Source of the DNA: an uncultured delta proteobacterium
Lineage (GTDB): Bacteria; Desulfobacterota; Binatia; UBA9968
Length of the DNA stretch: 64,000 nucleotides
Direction of reading: 5' to 3'
NCBI GenBank assembly: GCA_963737905.1
Contig: CAVTUQ010000002.1
Coordinates: 480,001 to 544,000, forward strand
The translations under genes were made by a program, and so were the position numbers. Positions 49,380 through 59,362 of this stretch are shown here, piece after piece (the stretch's first letter is position 1; every line of letters begins with the position of its first letter). The notes below the pieces were generated by a model. That model saw only the letters and a program-made list of their open reading frames with translations. It was not told the DNA's origin and did not search any database.

Positions 49380-49838
49380 CTACTTTGCCAAGGCAACGCG
49401 ATTGAGTTTGCGCAGGAGAGCGGAAAGTTCCTTTTGTTGCGGCTTGTCGAGTGAAGAGAAAATTCGTGAGATACTTTTCTCATATAGCGGAATTGTAGTT
49501 TTATATAGCTTGGCGCCTTTTTCCGTCAGTACCACATGAACCACGCGACGATCATTCTCGTCTCGCTTACGAGAGACCAGTTTTTTCTCTTCCAAACGGT
49601 CAACGATGCCTGTGAGGTTGCTCACCGTCACCATCATCTTCGCCCCGATTTCCCCAAAGGGAAGCCCGCCAGCGTAGCCGATGGTCGCGAGCACGTAAAA
49701 CTGAGGCGGCGTGAGACCCAACTTCTCGAGATCCTCCTCGAGTTTCTTGTGCGAGAGGAGGCTAAAGCGGAGAAATCTGACCCATAAGCCCGTGGTATAG
49801 GATGAAAAAAAAGGACGTTTAAAAACGACCACGTGCAT
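49380..49838 (-). CDS. MarR family transcriptional regulator (start uncertain)
   Basis: GLTPPQFYVL, VDRLEEKKLV.R..D..DRR...V.LT. Confidence 0.9.
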   Translation of the reverse strand: MHVVVFKRPFFSSYTTGLWVRFLRFSLLSHKKLEEDLEKLGLTPPQFYVLATIGYAGGLPFGEIGAKMMVTVSNLTGIVDRLEEKKLVSRKRDENDRRVVHVVLTEKGAKLYKTTIPLYEKSISRIFSSLDKPQQKELSALLRKLNRVALAK

Positions 49839-49981
49839 CACTCTATTCGCAGAACCAGTAAAAAGCAATCGGGTTTTGTTGCTTCCACTTCCAAACAGCG
49901 GTGTCGATGCTGGAATATTAGAAAAGGGCGAAGTATAAGTTTCACGGACAAGCAAGGCTTAATCGAACGCTAGATCAAATC

Positions 49982-50701
49982 ATGAAAGTTCATATTCTCG
50001 GCTGTGGAGATGCTTTTGGCAACGGTGGGCGCAACCAGAGCGGCTACCTCATCGAAGCCGCCGACCGGCTCTTCCTCCTAGATTGCGGGCCGACAACTTT
50101 GCTGGCGATGAAAAAGGCAGGTTTTGATCCGCGACGCTTGGATGTCATTTTTCTGAGCCATCTCCACGGCGATCACTTTGGCGGTCTCCCGTTCTTCTTC
50201 ATCAGCTATCTATACGAGAATCCTCGGGACAAACCCTTGGACATCGCCGGACCACCCGGGTCCGAAGAGAGGGTTAGTGAGCTATTCCAGCTCATGTACG
50301 GCGGTGATCTGCCGACCACTCGCTTTCACATCCTCCAACCCGATAGAGCTGAATTCATCGCGGGAATCCATGTCCTCCCCTTTCGTGTTCCCCACCAGCT
50401 TCACGCGATTTCCCTCGGGCTAAAAGTCAGCTACGAGGGAAAACAGATTCTTTTCTCCGGCGACTCCGCTTGGACCGATCTTTTTCTATCCCATGCCACC
50501 GGCGTAGACCTGTTCCTCTGCGAGTGTTCGTTCTACGATCAGGACAGTTCCAATCACTTGAACTACAAGACACTGCGGGAAAATTTCACGCGGTTAAATT
50601 GTCGCAAGTTGATGCTCACTCATCTGGGTGAGGAAATGCTCAAGCGGCGAGACGAACTTGAAGTGACTTGCGTGGAAGACGGAATGGTGATCGAACTCTG
50701 A
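49982..50701 (+). CDS. MBL-fold metallo-hydrolase (RNase Z-like)
   Basis: SHLHGDHFGG, FSGD, THL. Confidence 0.9.
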   Translation: MKVHILGCGDAFGNGGRNQSGYLIEAADRLFLLDCGPTTLLAMKKAGFDPRRLDVIFLSHLHGDHFGGLPFFFISYLYENPRDKPLDIAGPPGSEERVSELFQLMYGGDLPTTRFHILQPDRAEFIAGIHVLPFRVPHQLHAISLGLKVSYEGKQILFSGDSAWTDLFLSHATGVDLFLCECSFYDQDSSNHLNYKTLRENFTRLNCRKLMLTHLGEEMLKRRDELEVTCVEDGMVIEL

Positions 50702-50726
50702 ACAGCAAATCAAAGCAGAGTGGGAG

Positions 50727-51923
50727 TCAACTCGGATCGTCCTGGGTTTCTTGCCGAGCGGGCGCCGGCACGATGAGAACGCGAAGACCACTTTTTTCCT
50801 GGATTTCCTTGGCTATTTCCTGCGCTTCCAGCAACTCCGCGTAGGGGCCAACCCGCACTCGATAAGCTGTTTGGCCTCCCGTCAATGAAGTTTGCTCGAC
50901 AAACGCCTCAAAGCCGTTGGCGGAAAATTGTTTGATCAGAGACTCGGCGCGGCCACGCTCGCGAAACGCCCCTACCTGAAGAAGATAGCCATCGGATGAT
51001 TCCGACTTGCTATCCTCTTGTGGCCCAACGAACGCCGACATGCGCTCCGGGCGAACGCTGACCTGCTCGCTCATTGAGGTCTTGCCCGCGTGCTGGGCCT
51101 CCAAGGTTTGAAAATTATCGAACCCATATTCCAACAGTTTTTTGGTATCTCCCCACTGATCGCGAGCGCCAAGGATCGACACGATCAACGTCACGCCGTT
51201 GCGCGCCACGGCTCCGACAAAACACTTTTGTGCAGCGTAAGTATAGCCGGTCTTGCCACCGATAGCGCCATCAAAGTTCCACAGCAGACGATTGTGATTT
51301 CTAACCGAGATGCGCCGGGCGACGGTTTTCTTCCTGACGACGGAGTTGGACTTCACCGAGCTCATCTTGGTCTGGACGATCTCGCGAAAGGTAGCATTCT
51401 TCATCGCATATCGAAAAAGAATCGCGAGATCTTGAGCAGTGGAATAATGATCCGGAGCCGTAAGTCCATGGGGATTGGTGAAATGACTGTTCAGAGCACC
51501 GATATCATGGGCTTTTTTGGTCATAAGCTCGGCATAACGTTCGACCGAACCTGCTAAGCCCTCGGCCAACACCATGCTCGCATCGTTGGCGGAGGATAGC
51601 AGGATACCGTAGAGCAAATCGTCGATGGTGAGGGTTTGACCGGGTCGAAGATAGAGCTTGGATGCCGGCACGCGAGTCGCCGCTTTGGACACGGTGATTG
51701 ATTCGGTAAGCTTCCGCCCGCTTTCCAAAGCCACAATCGCGGTAACGATTTTGGTCGTGCTCGCCGGCGGTAGACGAAGATCCGAATCCTTTTGATAGAG
51801 AATTTTCCCCGTAGCCGCATCCATAAGAACAGCCGCGCGCGCAGTTAAATCCGCGTCAGGAGAAAAGGACCAAACCGAATAAGCGGGTAAAACTATCAGT
51901 AAAAAGGTTAGAATTGGACCCAT
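50727..51923 (-). CDS. D-alanyl-D-alanine carboxypeptidase (peptidase S11) with C-terminal SPOR domain
   Basis: PASTTK (SxxK), SAN, KTG; LQVGAF...YRVRVGPY. Confidence 0.92.
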   Translation of the reverse strand: MGPILTFLLIVLPAYSVWSFSPDADLTARAAVLMDAATGKILYQKDSDLRLPPASTTKIVTAIVALESGRKLTESITVSKAATRVPASKLYLRPGQTLTIDDLLYGILLSSANDASMVLAEGLAGSVERYAELMTKKAHDIGALNSHFTNPHGLTAPDHYSTAQDLAILFRYAMKNATFREIVQTKMSSVKSNSVVRKKTVARRISVRNHNRLLWNFDGAIGGKTGYTYAAQKCFVGAVARNGVTLIVSILGARDQWGDTKKLLEYGFDNFQTLEAQHAGKTSMSEQVSVRPERMSAFVGPQEDSKSESSDGYLLQVGAFRERGRAESLIKQFSANGFEAFVEQTSLTGGQTAYRVRVGPYAELLEAQEIAKEIQEKSGLRVLIVPAPARQETQDDPS

Positions 51924-52142
51924 GAAAAGGGGTTTACGAAGGTTCAGCTTTCCAGACCTCCTTGTTGCATGTTGCCCGCTGAAGCTTCACCCGCCTCAGA
52001 ACAGAGCCAGAATAAAACTGGTTTATATCATATTTCAGAATTATTGAATAGTCTGGAGCAGATGACCACGTGCTTTTTGATGGTGTTGCTAATAGTTAGA
52101 CGCCGTGAGGTCCGAAACCCGGGGTTGGTAATTTTGGCGGTT

Positions 52143-52322
52143 TTATTTCTTAGTTGGCCTGACCCCGTGCCTGGTTAATTCGCGATCGGCCTGGTCGCTG
52201 ATGCCGGCTTGCTCCCCCATGGCCTCCCTGCGAATACGATCCTGACAGGGTTCACAGATGCCGCCTTTGAGGACCGCCATCGCTTTTCCACAAATCATAC
52301 ATTTTTTCTTTTCTTCGTTCAT
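52143..52322 (-). CDS. 59-aa zinc-ribbon protein (not in the ORF track)
   Basis: MNEEKKKCMICGK..LKGGICEPCQDRIRRE...; GGAG RBS. Confidence 0.65.
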   Translation of the reverse strand: MNEEKKKCMICGKAMAVLKGGICEPCQDRIRREAMGEQAGISDQADRELTRHGVRPTKK

Positions 52323-52351
52323 GGTCTGTTCTGCTCCAGTGCTTCACAGGT

Positions 52352-52885
52352 TTAATCCAGCATTTTGATTTGTGCGGGATTCTCCAGGATCAGCTCCAGT
52401 CCGTACTGCGGATGATCTTTAATTTCTCCTTGCAATTCAACCTCTTTGCCTTCGAAGGCCTTCGGTTGAAGTTTGTTTTTTTCAAACTGCTCCGTCGCCG
52501 ACGCAAAGATAACTGCGGTGAGAGCCTCACGAGAAGGACCAAAATTCAAGAAATAAGTGTTACTTTTGGCGGAATGGCCCACTCGGAAAACTCTGCCCCG
52601 GATACGCGCTTGATTTCCCGCCAGCCGACGAATTTTTTCCACCTCACGCGCCTGCACCAATGGAATATCCGCCTGGGTTTGAGAGGGTGGCGGCGTGGGC
52701 AGAAAGGTCACGCGAAAGCTCTGCGTCTCACCGTCAAGGCGGGACTCGGAACTTTTCCCATTCGTAGGATCCCTCTCAGTTTCCGAAAACGAGGGATTCC
52801 ACCGTTGATAGAGTCCACGTGCGACAAAACCGCTTAGAAATGCGACCAAGATACCGAACGCTATCGCGGGCGAGAAATGTTTCAC
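52352..52885 (-). CDS. Membrane-anchored OB-fold protein
   Basis: N-terminal TM segment; IRGRV...YFLNFG...VIF...GKEVELQGEI. Confidence 0.7.
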   Translation of the reverse strand: MKHFSPAIAFGILVAFLSGFVARGLYQRWNPSFSETERDPTNGKSSESRLDGETQSFRVTFLPTPPPSQTQADIPLVQAREVEKIRRLAGNQARIRGRVFRVGHSAKSNTYFLNFGPSREALTAVIFASATEQFEKNKLQPKAFEGKEVELQGEIKDHPQYGLELILENPAQIKMLD

Positions 52886-53424
52886 CCTTTTCTCTCCCAG
52901 AGCTGGAAAAAAACTTTGCGATATTCCTCTGCCAGTGGGCCGGCGTCGCGAAACAAAAGAAGGTTCTCATCATTCGAGTTGTCCGCGGAACGGGTCCAAT
53001 TGTAGGAACCCGTGAAGACTGTCTTTCGATCGATCACCGAAAACTTTTGGTGCATCAGCCCGGGTTCTCTCTCCGGCGCCGCCGGTTTCATTCCGGAGAT
53101 GCGCTTTAGGGGAATCTTTTGCCCCTCCAAAAATCTTGCCTGGGATTTTTCGTTCGCCGCGTCGAATTCTCGGTCTAACACGATCTGAACCGACACGCCG
53201 CGATTTTTCGCTTGCACCACCGCGCGCGCGATCTCGTCGCTGGTGAATGCGTACACCGCGATCAACAGTTCTTTTTGCGCTTTCTCTATCTCCCGAAGGA
53301 TATACGTAGAACATCTTCCTTGCGGGCTGAAACAAGTTTGCACCGCCATCTCGGCCCAGGAGGTAACAGCAAACCAGAGGAGGAGACAGCAACAGATCAC
53401 GAGTTCCCACTTCCTGCTGTTCAT
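52882..53424 (-). CDS. Secreted phospholipase D-family nuclease (Nuc-like)
   Basis: Single HKD: HQKFSVID...TGSYNWT...NDEN; signal peptide. Confidence 0.85.
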   Translation of the reverse strand: MNSRKWELVICCCLLLWFAVTSWAEMAVQTCFSPQGRCSTYILREIEKAQKELLIAVYAFTSDEIARAVVQAKNRGVSVQIVLDREFDAANEKSQARFLEGQKIPLKRISGMKPAAPEREPGLMHQKFSVIDRKTVFTGSYNWTRSADNSNDENLLLFRDAGPLAEEYRKVFFQLWERKG

Positions 53425-54791
53425 ATCTCAACCCCGCGTTTGGCAAGCCTCTGGTCCTGTCGCGAGCTCAGACATATGCTGAGGACTAACTTTTCCATTA
53501 CGAGCCGGGGGTTGTTACCGGTGGATTTCAAACGGAGATCCGCATCGTGGATGCTGGCCAGACAAGCGCGCAATTCCATGGGAGAAAACTGATCCGCTCG
53601 CTGGAAGCACATATAATCCGCGTAGGGGTTTCGCGTCAGGAGTGGAGCTCCCTCCTTGAGGACGTGCTGCTGAAACTGTTGATAGCTCAACCCTCGCTTC
53701 CATTGCCCGCGCAGTTCCCCATCCAGCAACTGGCGCGCGGCCAACAGCCTTCGTACCTCGGCTGCGATGGTCCCCAGCAATTTCAGCGGATGTTCTCCCT
53801 GCGCCAAAAGACGCGCCAAATGGGCAAGCGCCGCCACGGCATTTTGCTCGGCAAGGGATCGCGTCAAATCGAAAACCCAACCCTCGCCTTGATCCGCAAA
53901 AATCGCATCCACATCCTGGGCCCGGATCGTGGGGTGGTCGTCCACGTAAAGAAACAGCTTTTCCAGCTCTTGTTGCAAGCCCCGCAGCTCATCCCCAGCG
54001 CGCAACAAGATCATTTCCCTGGCTTGAGGTTCGATTGTCTTTCCGGCTTGTCGGAGCTGCCGGTTGACAAACTCCGCAAGACTTTCCCGGCTCATTCTTC
54101 CGCTACGATCGCGCTCCATGACGAGCTGCAACACCGCGCCCATCTCTTCGAGACGTTTATAGAGACGGGTTCGACGATCAACCTGCACCGCTGTCATCAA
54201 GAGGAAATCCCACGGCGGCAATCCACGTTCGAGCATCTCTGCAAGCCTGTGTTCCTCCGAGCCCCGGCGCTGGCTTAGATCCATTCCCTGACTACGGGAA
54301 TAGGCCAAAAGGGCTTGGGTATCTTCCCGCGCCTCGGTTCCGTCGACTTCCAGAAGTTCATTGAGCGGTCCCGAAGCAGATGCAGATTGTGCCTGCTCCC
54401 ATTGCTCCCGCGTCCACCCCTCTACAACCAACAAATCCAGCAACAACCTAACGGCTTCGTCTTTCTTGCCTTCGCTCCAAGCCTGAAGAACCTTCTCCCC
54501 CAACTCTCCCTTTTGCTCGCGCGAAATGAAATAAGCGACGTTTTCAACCCATACCACCTTTTTGCCGGGGAAAAAGGGTGGCGTGTTCAATGAGGCTTCG
54601 ATTTGGTCCCAGGGCGCCGACCGACCGTCGAAGCGTTCGAGATTAAATCCCCGCTGATTTTCCGGAACCAGATTGTCGAGGAGAGTTTTTGAAGCCCCTT
54701 GCACTTGGAGATCGTCGCCAAAAAGGAGAAGCAACTGTGGACCCCTGTTGTTTTTAATATCGGCGACGATCTTTTCCAAATCTCGTTTCAT
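53421..54791 (-). CDS. holA: DNA polymerase III subunit delta (with internal insertion)
   Basis: LLLFGDD, FNLERFDG, TPPFFPGKKVVWV, ELEKL, D.RLKS. Confidence 0.85.
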   Translation of the reverse strand: MKRDLEKIVADIKNNRGPQLLLLFGDDLQVQGASKTLLDNLVPENQRGFNLERFDGRSAPWDQIEASLNTPPFFPGKKVVWVENVAYFISREQKGELGEKVLQAWSEGKKDEAVRLLLDLLVVEGWTREQWEQAQSASASGPLNELLEVDGTEAREDTQALLAYSRSQGMDLSQRRGSEEHRLAEMLERGLPPWDFLLMTAVQVDRRTRLYKRLEEMGAVLQLVMERDRSGRMSRESLAEFVNRQLRQAGKTIEPQAREMILLRAGDELRGLQQELEKLFLYVDDHPTIRAQDVDAIFADQGEGWVFDLTRSLAEQNAVAALAHLARLLAQGEHPLKLLGTIAAEVRRLLAARQLLDGELRGQWKRGLSYQQFQQHVLKEGAPLLTRNPYADYMCFQRADQFSPMELRACLASIHDADLRLKSTGNNPRLVMEKLVLSICLSSRQDQRLAKRGVEI

Positions 54792-55105
54792 GCTAAGCAG
54801 CGCCAATTTTGCGGCTGTAAGCTACCGATTCTTGCTCGAAAGGCTTTTTCTCGCACGCTGCTAGCCCGGGATATTCATGCTCCGAAGAAAAATCACTACG
54901 GAATGTCGCCCGAGGAGCGAGCCTCGAAGAGCGCGGGCACAGAAGCGTAAAGCTGCGCCGACTTCTAAGGTGCTTGGCCATAAGTTGGCGTCTCGTTCTT
55001 GTCGTATGCTCCACTGCGTACGTTTGTAGGCCGCTTCCAGGTAGAGGCCCATTGCCCGCAACCGGAGAGGCTCTCGCCTCGGGTGTTGCCTGTGAGTAAA
55101 CCCTG

Positions 55106-55339
55106 CTAGTGTTTCGGCACCCACATCTGGTTTTTCTCACTCCAGGCATAATCCGATTTCCAGACTTTAAGACCGATAGTGTACTTCCCGCCAGACTTGG
55201 AAACAAAGACCCTCTCGCTGGAGTGCGGCACATCGACCCGTGCAACGACAAAGACTTTTTTTGAAATCCCTTTGTTGATCAGGATGCGATCTCCCTCCCG
55301 CATTGAAACCCGGGGTTCCCTGTTACCCTTGCCCTTCAT
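55106..55339 (-). CDS. Small basic hypothetical protein
   Basis: 77-aa ORF; no motif recognised. Confidence 0.45.
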   Translation of the reverse strand: MKGKGNREPRVSMREGDRILINKGISKKVFVVARVDVPHSSERVFVSKSGGKYTIGLKVWKSDYAWSEKNQMWVPKH

Positions 55340-55425
55340 GAGGAAAAGTTATCATTGCCCAATTTAGCAGGCAAATGCACGATGACTATCCAAACCAGCT
55401 CCACGGTATCTGCCTCATCGTTCTC

Positions 55426-55496
55426 CTATGGCGGATAGCTTATGGCCTATAGTTGAACGATACGAACCATACGCCATAAGCCATACGCCATAAGCA
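55426..55496. repeat. Heptamer-period inverted repeat
   Basis: CTATGGC GGATAGC TTATGGC CTATAG ... CCATACG CCATAAG CCATACG CCATAAG. Confidence 0.72.
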
Positions 55497-55679
55497 AGCT
55501 GCAAGCTTGACAATCAACCGACCCTCTCCTATAGCTGTCGCAGGAGAACAGTCATTTCCCAAAACTGGGGTCATTGATATTCACGCTCACCAAGTTCCCG
55601 TCGAGAGCTCAGCACCTGCAGACCGTCAGGGAGCGGTAGGTAGAGCATTCACGAAAACCTTTTCACCTCGGAGGAAAGA

Positions 55680-56624
55680 ATGCGGTTTATCACTTTCGGC
55701 CGGAAGAATCAGCAACGAATCGGCCTCATGGGCCCTCAAGATCAGATCATTGACGTGGCAGAGATAACCCGTCGCTACTTGAGGGGTGGCAATCCGCCTT
55801 ATCTGGGGAGTATGCAAGCCTTTATTGAGGCGGGCAGCAAAGCGCTCCAAGCTGCCAAAAAGGCAGAGAAATATGTAACGGAGAAAACTCCTGAGGAGCA
55901 AAGAAAACTCGCGCGCGCTACTGCGCTGCTGAAATCGAGCCAAGCAAAACTACTCGCTCCCATTCCCTGGCCGAGAAAAAACGTCGTGATGCTCGGCATT
56001 AATTACCGCGAGCATGTCGATGAAGGGGCAAGGGCGCGTTCGCTCGACATCAAGTACCCTGAATGGCCGGTCTACTTCACCAAACCAGCCACGTCGGTGA
56101 TCGGTCACATGGGCAAGGTTGTCCATCACAAGGTCACCGATAAACTGGACTGGGAAATCGAATTGGCCATCGTTGTGGGAAAAAAAGGTCGGGACATTTC
56201 CAAAGACAAAGCCTACGACTACGTGTTTGGTTACACGATATGCCTCGATATGACCGCTCGCGAGCTCCAACGTCAACACGGACAGTGGTTCAAAGGAAAA
56301 TCGCTGGATACTTTCTGTCCGTTAGGCCCATGGATCGTCCATAAGAGCGCCTTGTCGGATCCCCAGCAGGTGCGACTTGTCTGCCGGGTTAACGGTGAAG
56401 TCATGCAGGACGGCAACACCCGCGACATGATCTTTGATATCCCGACGATCATTGAAAGCTTATCGAGCGGTCTCACATTGGAGCCCGGCGATATCATCAG
56501 CACCGGCACTCCTTCCGGCGTTGGTTTTGCTCGCGTGCCACCCGTATATCTAAAGCCCGGCGACAGAGTAGAAGGTGAAGTGGAAGGCATTGGCATTCTC
56601 CAGGTGGAGATCGTCGAGCCGTAG
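55680..56624 (+). CDS. Fumarylacetoacetate hydrolase family protein
   Basis: GINYREH, DWEIEL, KGKSLDTFCPLGP, TGTPSGVG; TTGACA-N17-TATAGC promoter at 55507. Confidence 0.93.
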   Translation: MRFITFGRKNQQRIGLMGPQDQIIDVAEITRRYLRGGNPPYLGSMQAFIEAGSKALQAAKKAEKYVTEKTPEEQRKLARATALLKSSQAKLLAPIPWPRKNVVMLGINYREHVDEGARARSLDIKYPEWPVYFTKPATSVIGHMGKVVHHKVTDKLDWEIELAIVVGKKGRDISKDKAYDYVFGYTICLDMTARELQRQHGQWFKGKSLDTFCPLGPWIVHKSALSDPQQVRLVCRVNGEVMQDGNTRDMIFDIPTIIESLSSGLTLEPGDIISTGTPSGVGFARVPPVYLKPGDRVEGEVEGIGILQVEIVEP

Positions 56625-56642
56625 CGCAAACATTCGAGGGTC

Positions 56643-57488
56643 ATGGACCGAATCAGATCTGCTGGGGTCGCCGGTTCATTCTATCCTTCAGAAGCAGAAG
56701 AACTTGGCAGACTCATCGACGAATGCTTCGAGTCGAGCCCGTTGGGACCTCAAGGTGCCAAGTCCCCCTCATCCTCTCTAATAGGAGGATTGGTTCCCCA
56801 CGCAGGCTACGTCTATTCTGGCCCTTGCGCGGCGCATTTCTATACGCTTCTCGACACCTCCATTCGCCGCGTCATTTTGTTTGGCGTCAACCATCAGGCC
56901 AGAGGCCATCGGGCGGCGCTGAGCCCAGCGGACTTTTGGCAGACGCCGCTGGGTACGGTTAGGATCGATCAAGATTTAAACTATCTGCTGCAAGACGCAG
57001 TCCGTTTTCTGAAGCAGGATGAAGCCGCTCACGCCCGCGAGCATAGCATCGAGGTCCAGCTGCCTTTTTTGCAACGTAGCCTGGGCGACTTCTCCTTGGT
57101 TCCGATTTCACTCGCCCATATCTCCCTAGAAGAATGCATCGAGCTCGGAACGGCCGTCGCAGATCTTTTGCGAAACAATAAACAGCCGGGAAGCAGGACC
57201 GTCGTGATGGCAAGCAGCGATCTCAGCCACTATCTCTCACCCAAAGAGACCGATGAATTGGACGGCATTGCTCTCGAGCAAGTACGGGCATTGAACGCTC
57301 GTGCATTGATCGAGGCCGCCGAGCGGGAAAATATCACCATGTGTGGCTTGCTTCCGACGGCTGTATTGCTTTTTGCCGCCAACCTCCTCGACGTGAGACA
57401 AGCACGCCTACTCAAGCATTGCCATTCCGGTGACGTAACTCCCATGCGTAAGGTCGTCGGCTACGCCAGCGTAGCACTCGAGTTGTAA
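56643..57488 (+). CDS. amrB: MEMO1 family protein (AmmeMemoRadiSam protein B)
   Basis: VAGSFYP, PHAGYVYSG, EHSIEVQLPFLQ, SSDLSHY, VGYAS. Confidence 0.92.
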   Translation: MDRIRSAGVAGSFYPSEAEELGRLIDECFESSPLGPQGAKSPSSSLIGGLVPHAGYVYSGPCAAHFYTLLDTSIRRVILFGVNHQARGHRAALSPADFWQTPLGTVRIDQDLNYLLQDAVRFLKQDEAAHAREHSIEVQLPFLQRSLGDFSLVPISLAHISLEECIELGTAVADLLRNNKQPGSRTVVMASSDLSHYLSPKETDELDGIALEQVRALNARALIEAAERENITMCGLLPTAVLLFAANLLDVRQARLLKHCHSGDVTPMRKVVGYASVALEL

Positions 57489-57533
57489 CGGCTAATTTGA
57501 CTTGACTCCGCCCCTTTGTTAAGAATCTTTAAA

Positions 57534-57627
57534 TGCTAGGGGTGTCTGCCTGAGGCGGACTGAGAGCCTGATGAATAATCAGGTAACCCTTCGAACCTGA
57601 TCCGGATAGCACCGGCGTAGGGAAGCG
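57534..57627 (+). ncRNA. TPP riboswitch
   Basis: GGGGTG...CTGAGA...ACCCTTCGAACCTGATCCGGATAGCACCGGCGTAGGGAA consensus upstream of thiSGE. Confidence 0.95.
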
Positions 57628-57677
57628 TGAAAGTCACAGTCCCGCTAGCGCTCGGCAGCGCGATCGGGACGAGCTTG

Positions 57678-57734
57678 AAACCGTATTCCCTGGCCACCGT
57701 TAGGTGGTTACTGTGGAGACGGTTTTTTTTGTTT
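57678..57734 (+). terminator. Riboswitch expression-platform terminator
   Basis: AAACCGT...ACGG stem followed by T8GTTT just before the thiS ATG. Confidence 0.6.
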
Positions 57735-57736
57735 AC

Positions 57737-57937
57737 ATGAAAATTCGCGTCAACGGAGAAGATAAGGAGATCGCGGACGGGTTGAGCTTAGCTCGGCTAC
57801 TTGAAGAATGGCAGATCCGCCCCGGTCGGGTCGTGGTCGAACTCAATCGCGATATCGTTTCCCGTGACGCGCACGGTTCGACCCTCTTGAAGGAGGGAGA
57901 TGCCCTCGAGATCGTTCATTTTGTCGGCGGAGGATAA
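57737..57937 (+). CDS. thiS: Sulfur carrier protein ThiS
   Basis: MKIRVNGE...EIVHFVGGG. Confidence 0.95.
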   Translation: MKIRVNGEDKEIADGLSLARLLEEWQIRPGRVVVELNRDIVSRDAHGSTLLKEGDALEIVHFVGGG

Positions 57938-57947
57938 AGAATCCAAC

Positions 57948-58721
57948 ATGGAAGACGTACTAAGTTTAGCTGGTAGTAACTATCGTTCGCGGCTTATCGT
58001 CGGGACAGGGAAGTACAAAGATTTTCAGGAGACGAAAAAGGCCATCGAAGTCTCGGGCGCGGAGATCGTAACGGTGGCGGTGCGCCGCGTCAATATCACC
58101 GACCCCAACAAAGAGAATCTCCTCGACTACCTGGACCCCAAAAAACACACGATCCTCCCGAACACCGCGGGTTGCTACACGGCGGATGATGCGGTTCGGA
58201 CCTGTCGGCTGGCCCGCGAGGCGGGTGTCGGCAAAATGATCAAGTTGGAAGTCATCGGCGACGATAAGACTTTGTTCCCGGACATTCCGGCGACCCTGGA
58301 TGCTGCAAGAATACTCGTCAAGGAAGGATTCGTTGTTCTGCCCTACATTACCGACGACCCCATCACCGCAAAGAAGCTTCAGGACATTGGCTGTGCCGCC
58401 GTCATGCCGCTGGCAGCGCCTATCGGTTCCGGCCTTGGTATTCGCAACCCATTCAACATTCGTATCATCCTGGAACAGGCAACCGTGCCGGTTATTGTCG
58501 ATGCCGGCGTCGGGACCGCATCGGACGCTGCGATTGCCATGGAAATGGGTTGCGACGGTGTTTTGATGAATACCGCTATTGCCAGCGCGAAAAATCCGAT
58601 CCTGATGGCCGAAGCCATGCGCCTGGGCGTGGAATCCGGCCGAAAGGCTTTTTTGGCTGGACGCATACCAAAGAAACTTTACGCTACCGCTTCTAGCCCC
58701 TTGGAAGGGATATTGGGCTAA
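57948..58721 (+). CDS. thiG: Thiazole synthase
   Basis: [37 protein letters not shown]. Confidence 0.97.
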   Translation: MEDVLSLAGSNYRSRLIVGTGKYKDFQETKKAIEVSGAEIVTVAVRRVNITDPNKENLLDYLDPKKHTILPNTAGCYTADDAVRTCRLAREAGVGKMIKLEVIGDDKTLFPDIPATLDAARILVKEGFVVLPYITDDPITAKKLQDIGCAAVMPLAAPIGSGLGIRNPFNIRIILEQATVPVIVDAGVGTASDAAIAMEMGCDGVLMNTAIASAKNPILMAEAMRLGVESGRKAFLAGRIPKKLYATASSPLEGILG

Positions 58722-58731
58722 AGCTTCACGC

Positions 58732-59358
58732 GTGGGCCCAATTGATTTCGATCTCTACCTCGTAACCGACCGCAACCAAACAGGCGGCCGGGATCTTCTT
58801 TGGGTTCTGGAGCAGGCCCTCGACGGCGGCGTCAAAGCCATCCAGCTGAGAGAGAAAGACTTATCCGGCAGAGACTTGTTCCGGCTCGCGGAAAAGATTT
58901 GTAAACTCTGTCAGGCCTCCCATGCGGCTCTTTTCATTAACGACCGAGTCGACGTTGCTCTCGCCGTTGATGCCGCCGGCGTCCAGCTCAATAAGGCATC
59001 TCTTCCGGCGGCAACCGCGCGAACGTTACTAGGACCGCAAAAGATCATCGGTGTATCGACGCATTCGCTTCAAGAAGCCCAGGAAGCGGAACACGACGGG
59101 GCGGATTTTGTTTTGTTCGGTCCGGTTTATTTTACCGCTTCAAAGGCAGCCTACGGATCTCCTCAAGGCTTACCCGCTCTCAAAACAATAGTGGATAATA
59201 TTTCTTTACCCGTTTATGCTATAGGAGGCATCAAGTTGGAGAACATCGAGGCCACCAAGAAACTCGGTGTTCGGGGTGTGGCATTGATCTCCGCCATCGT
59301 GAGCGCGGAGAATCCAAAAAAGGCCGCTGAACAGATCCGGCGGCAACTACGAAACTGA
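58732..59358 (+). CDS. thiE: Thiamine-phosphate synthase
   Basis: LYLVTD, QLREK, INDRVD, GVSTH, AIGGI. Confidence 0.92.
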   Translation: MGPIDFDLYLVTDRNQTGGRDLLWVLEQALDGGVKAIQLREKDLSGRDLFRLAEKICKLCQASHAALFINDRVDVALAVDAAGVQLNKASLPAATARTLLGPQKIIGVSTHSLQEAQEAEHDGADFVLFGPVYFTASKAAYGSPQGLPALKTIVDNISLPVYAIGGIKLENIEATKKLGVRGVALISAIVSAENPKKAAEQIRRQLRN

Positions 59359-59362
59359 GCGT

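Noticed and set aside
54850-55105. Possible structured RNA upstream of holA
   Set aside because: Local hairpins are possible but I could not match a known RNA family; an Rfam search is needed.
55535-55679. Possible riboswitch in the ~140-nt leader of the FAH gene
   Set aside because: No recognisable aptamer consensus.
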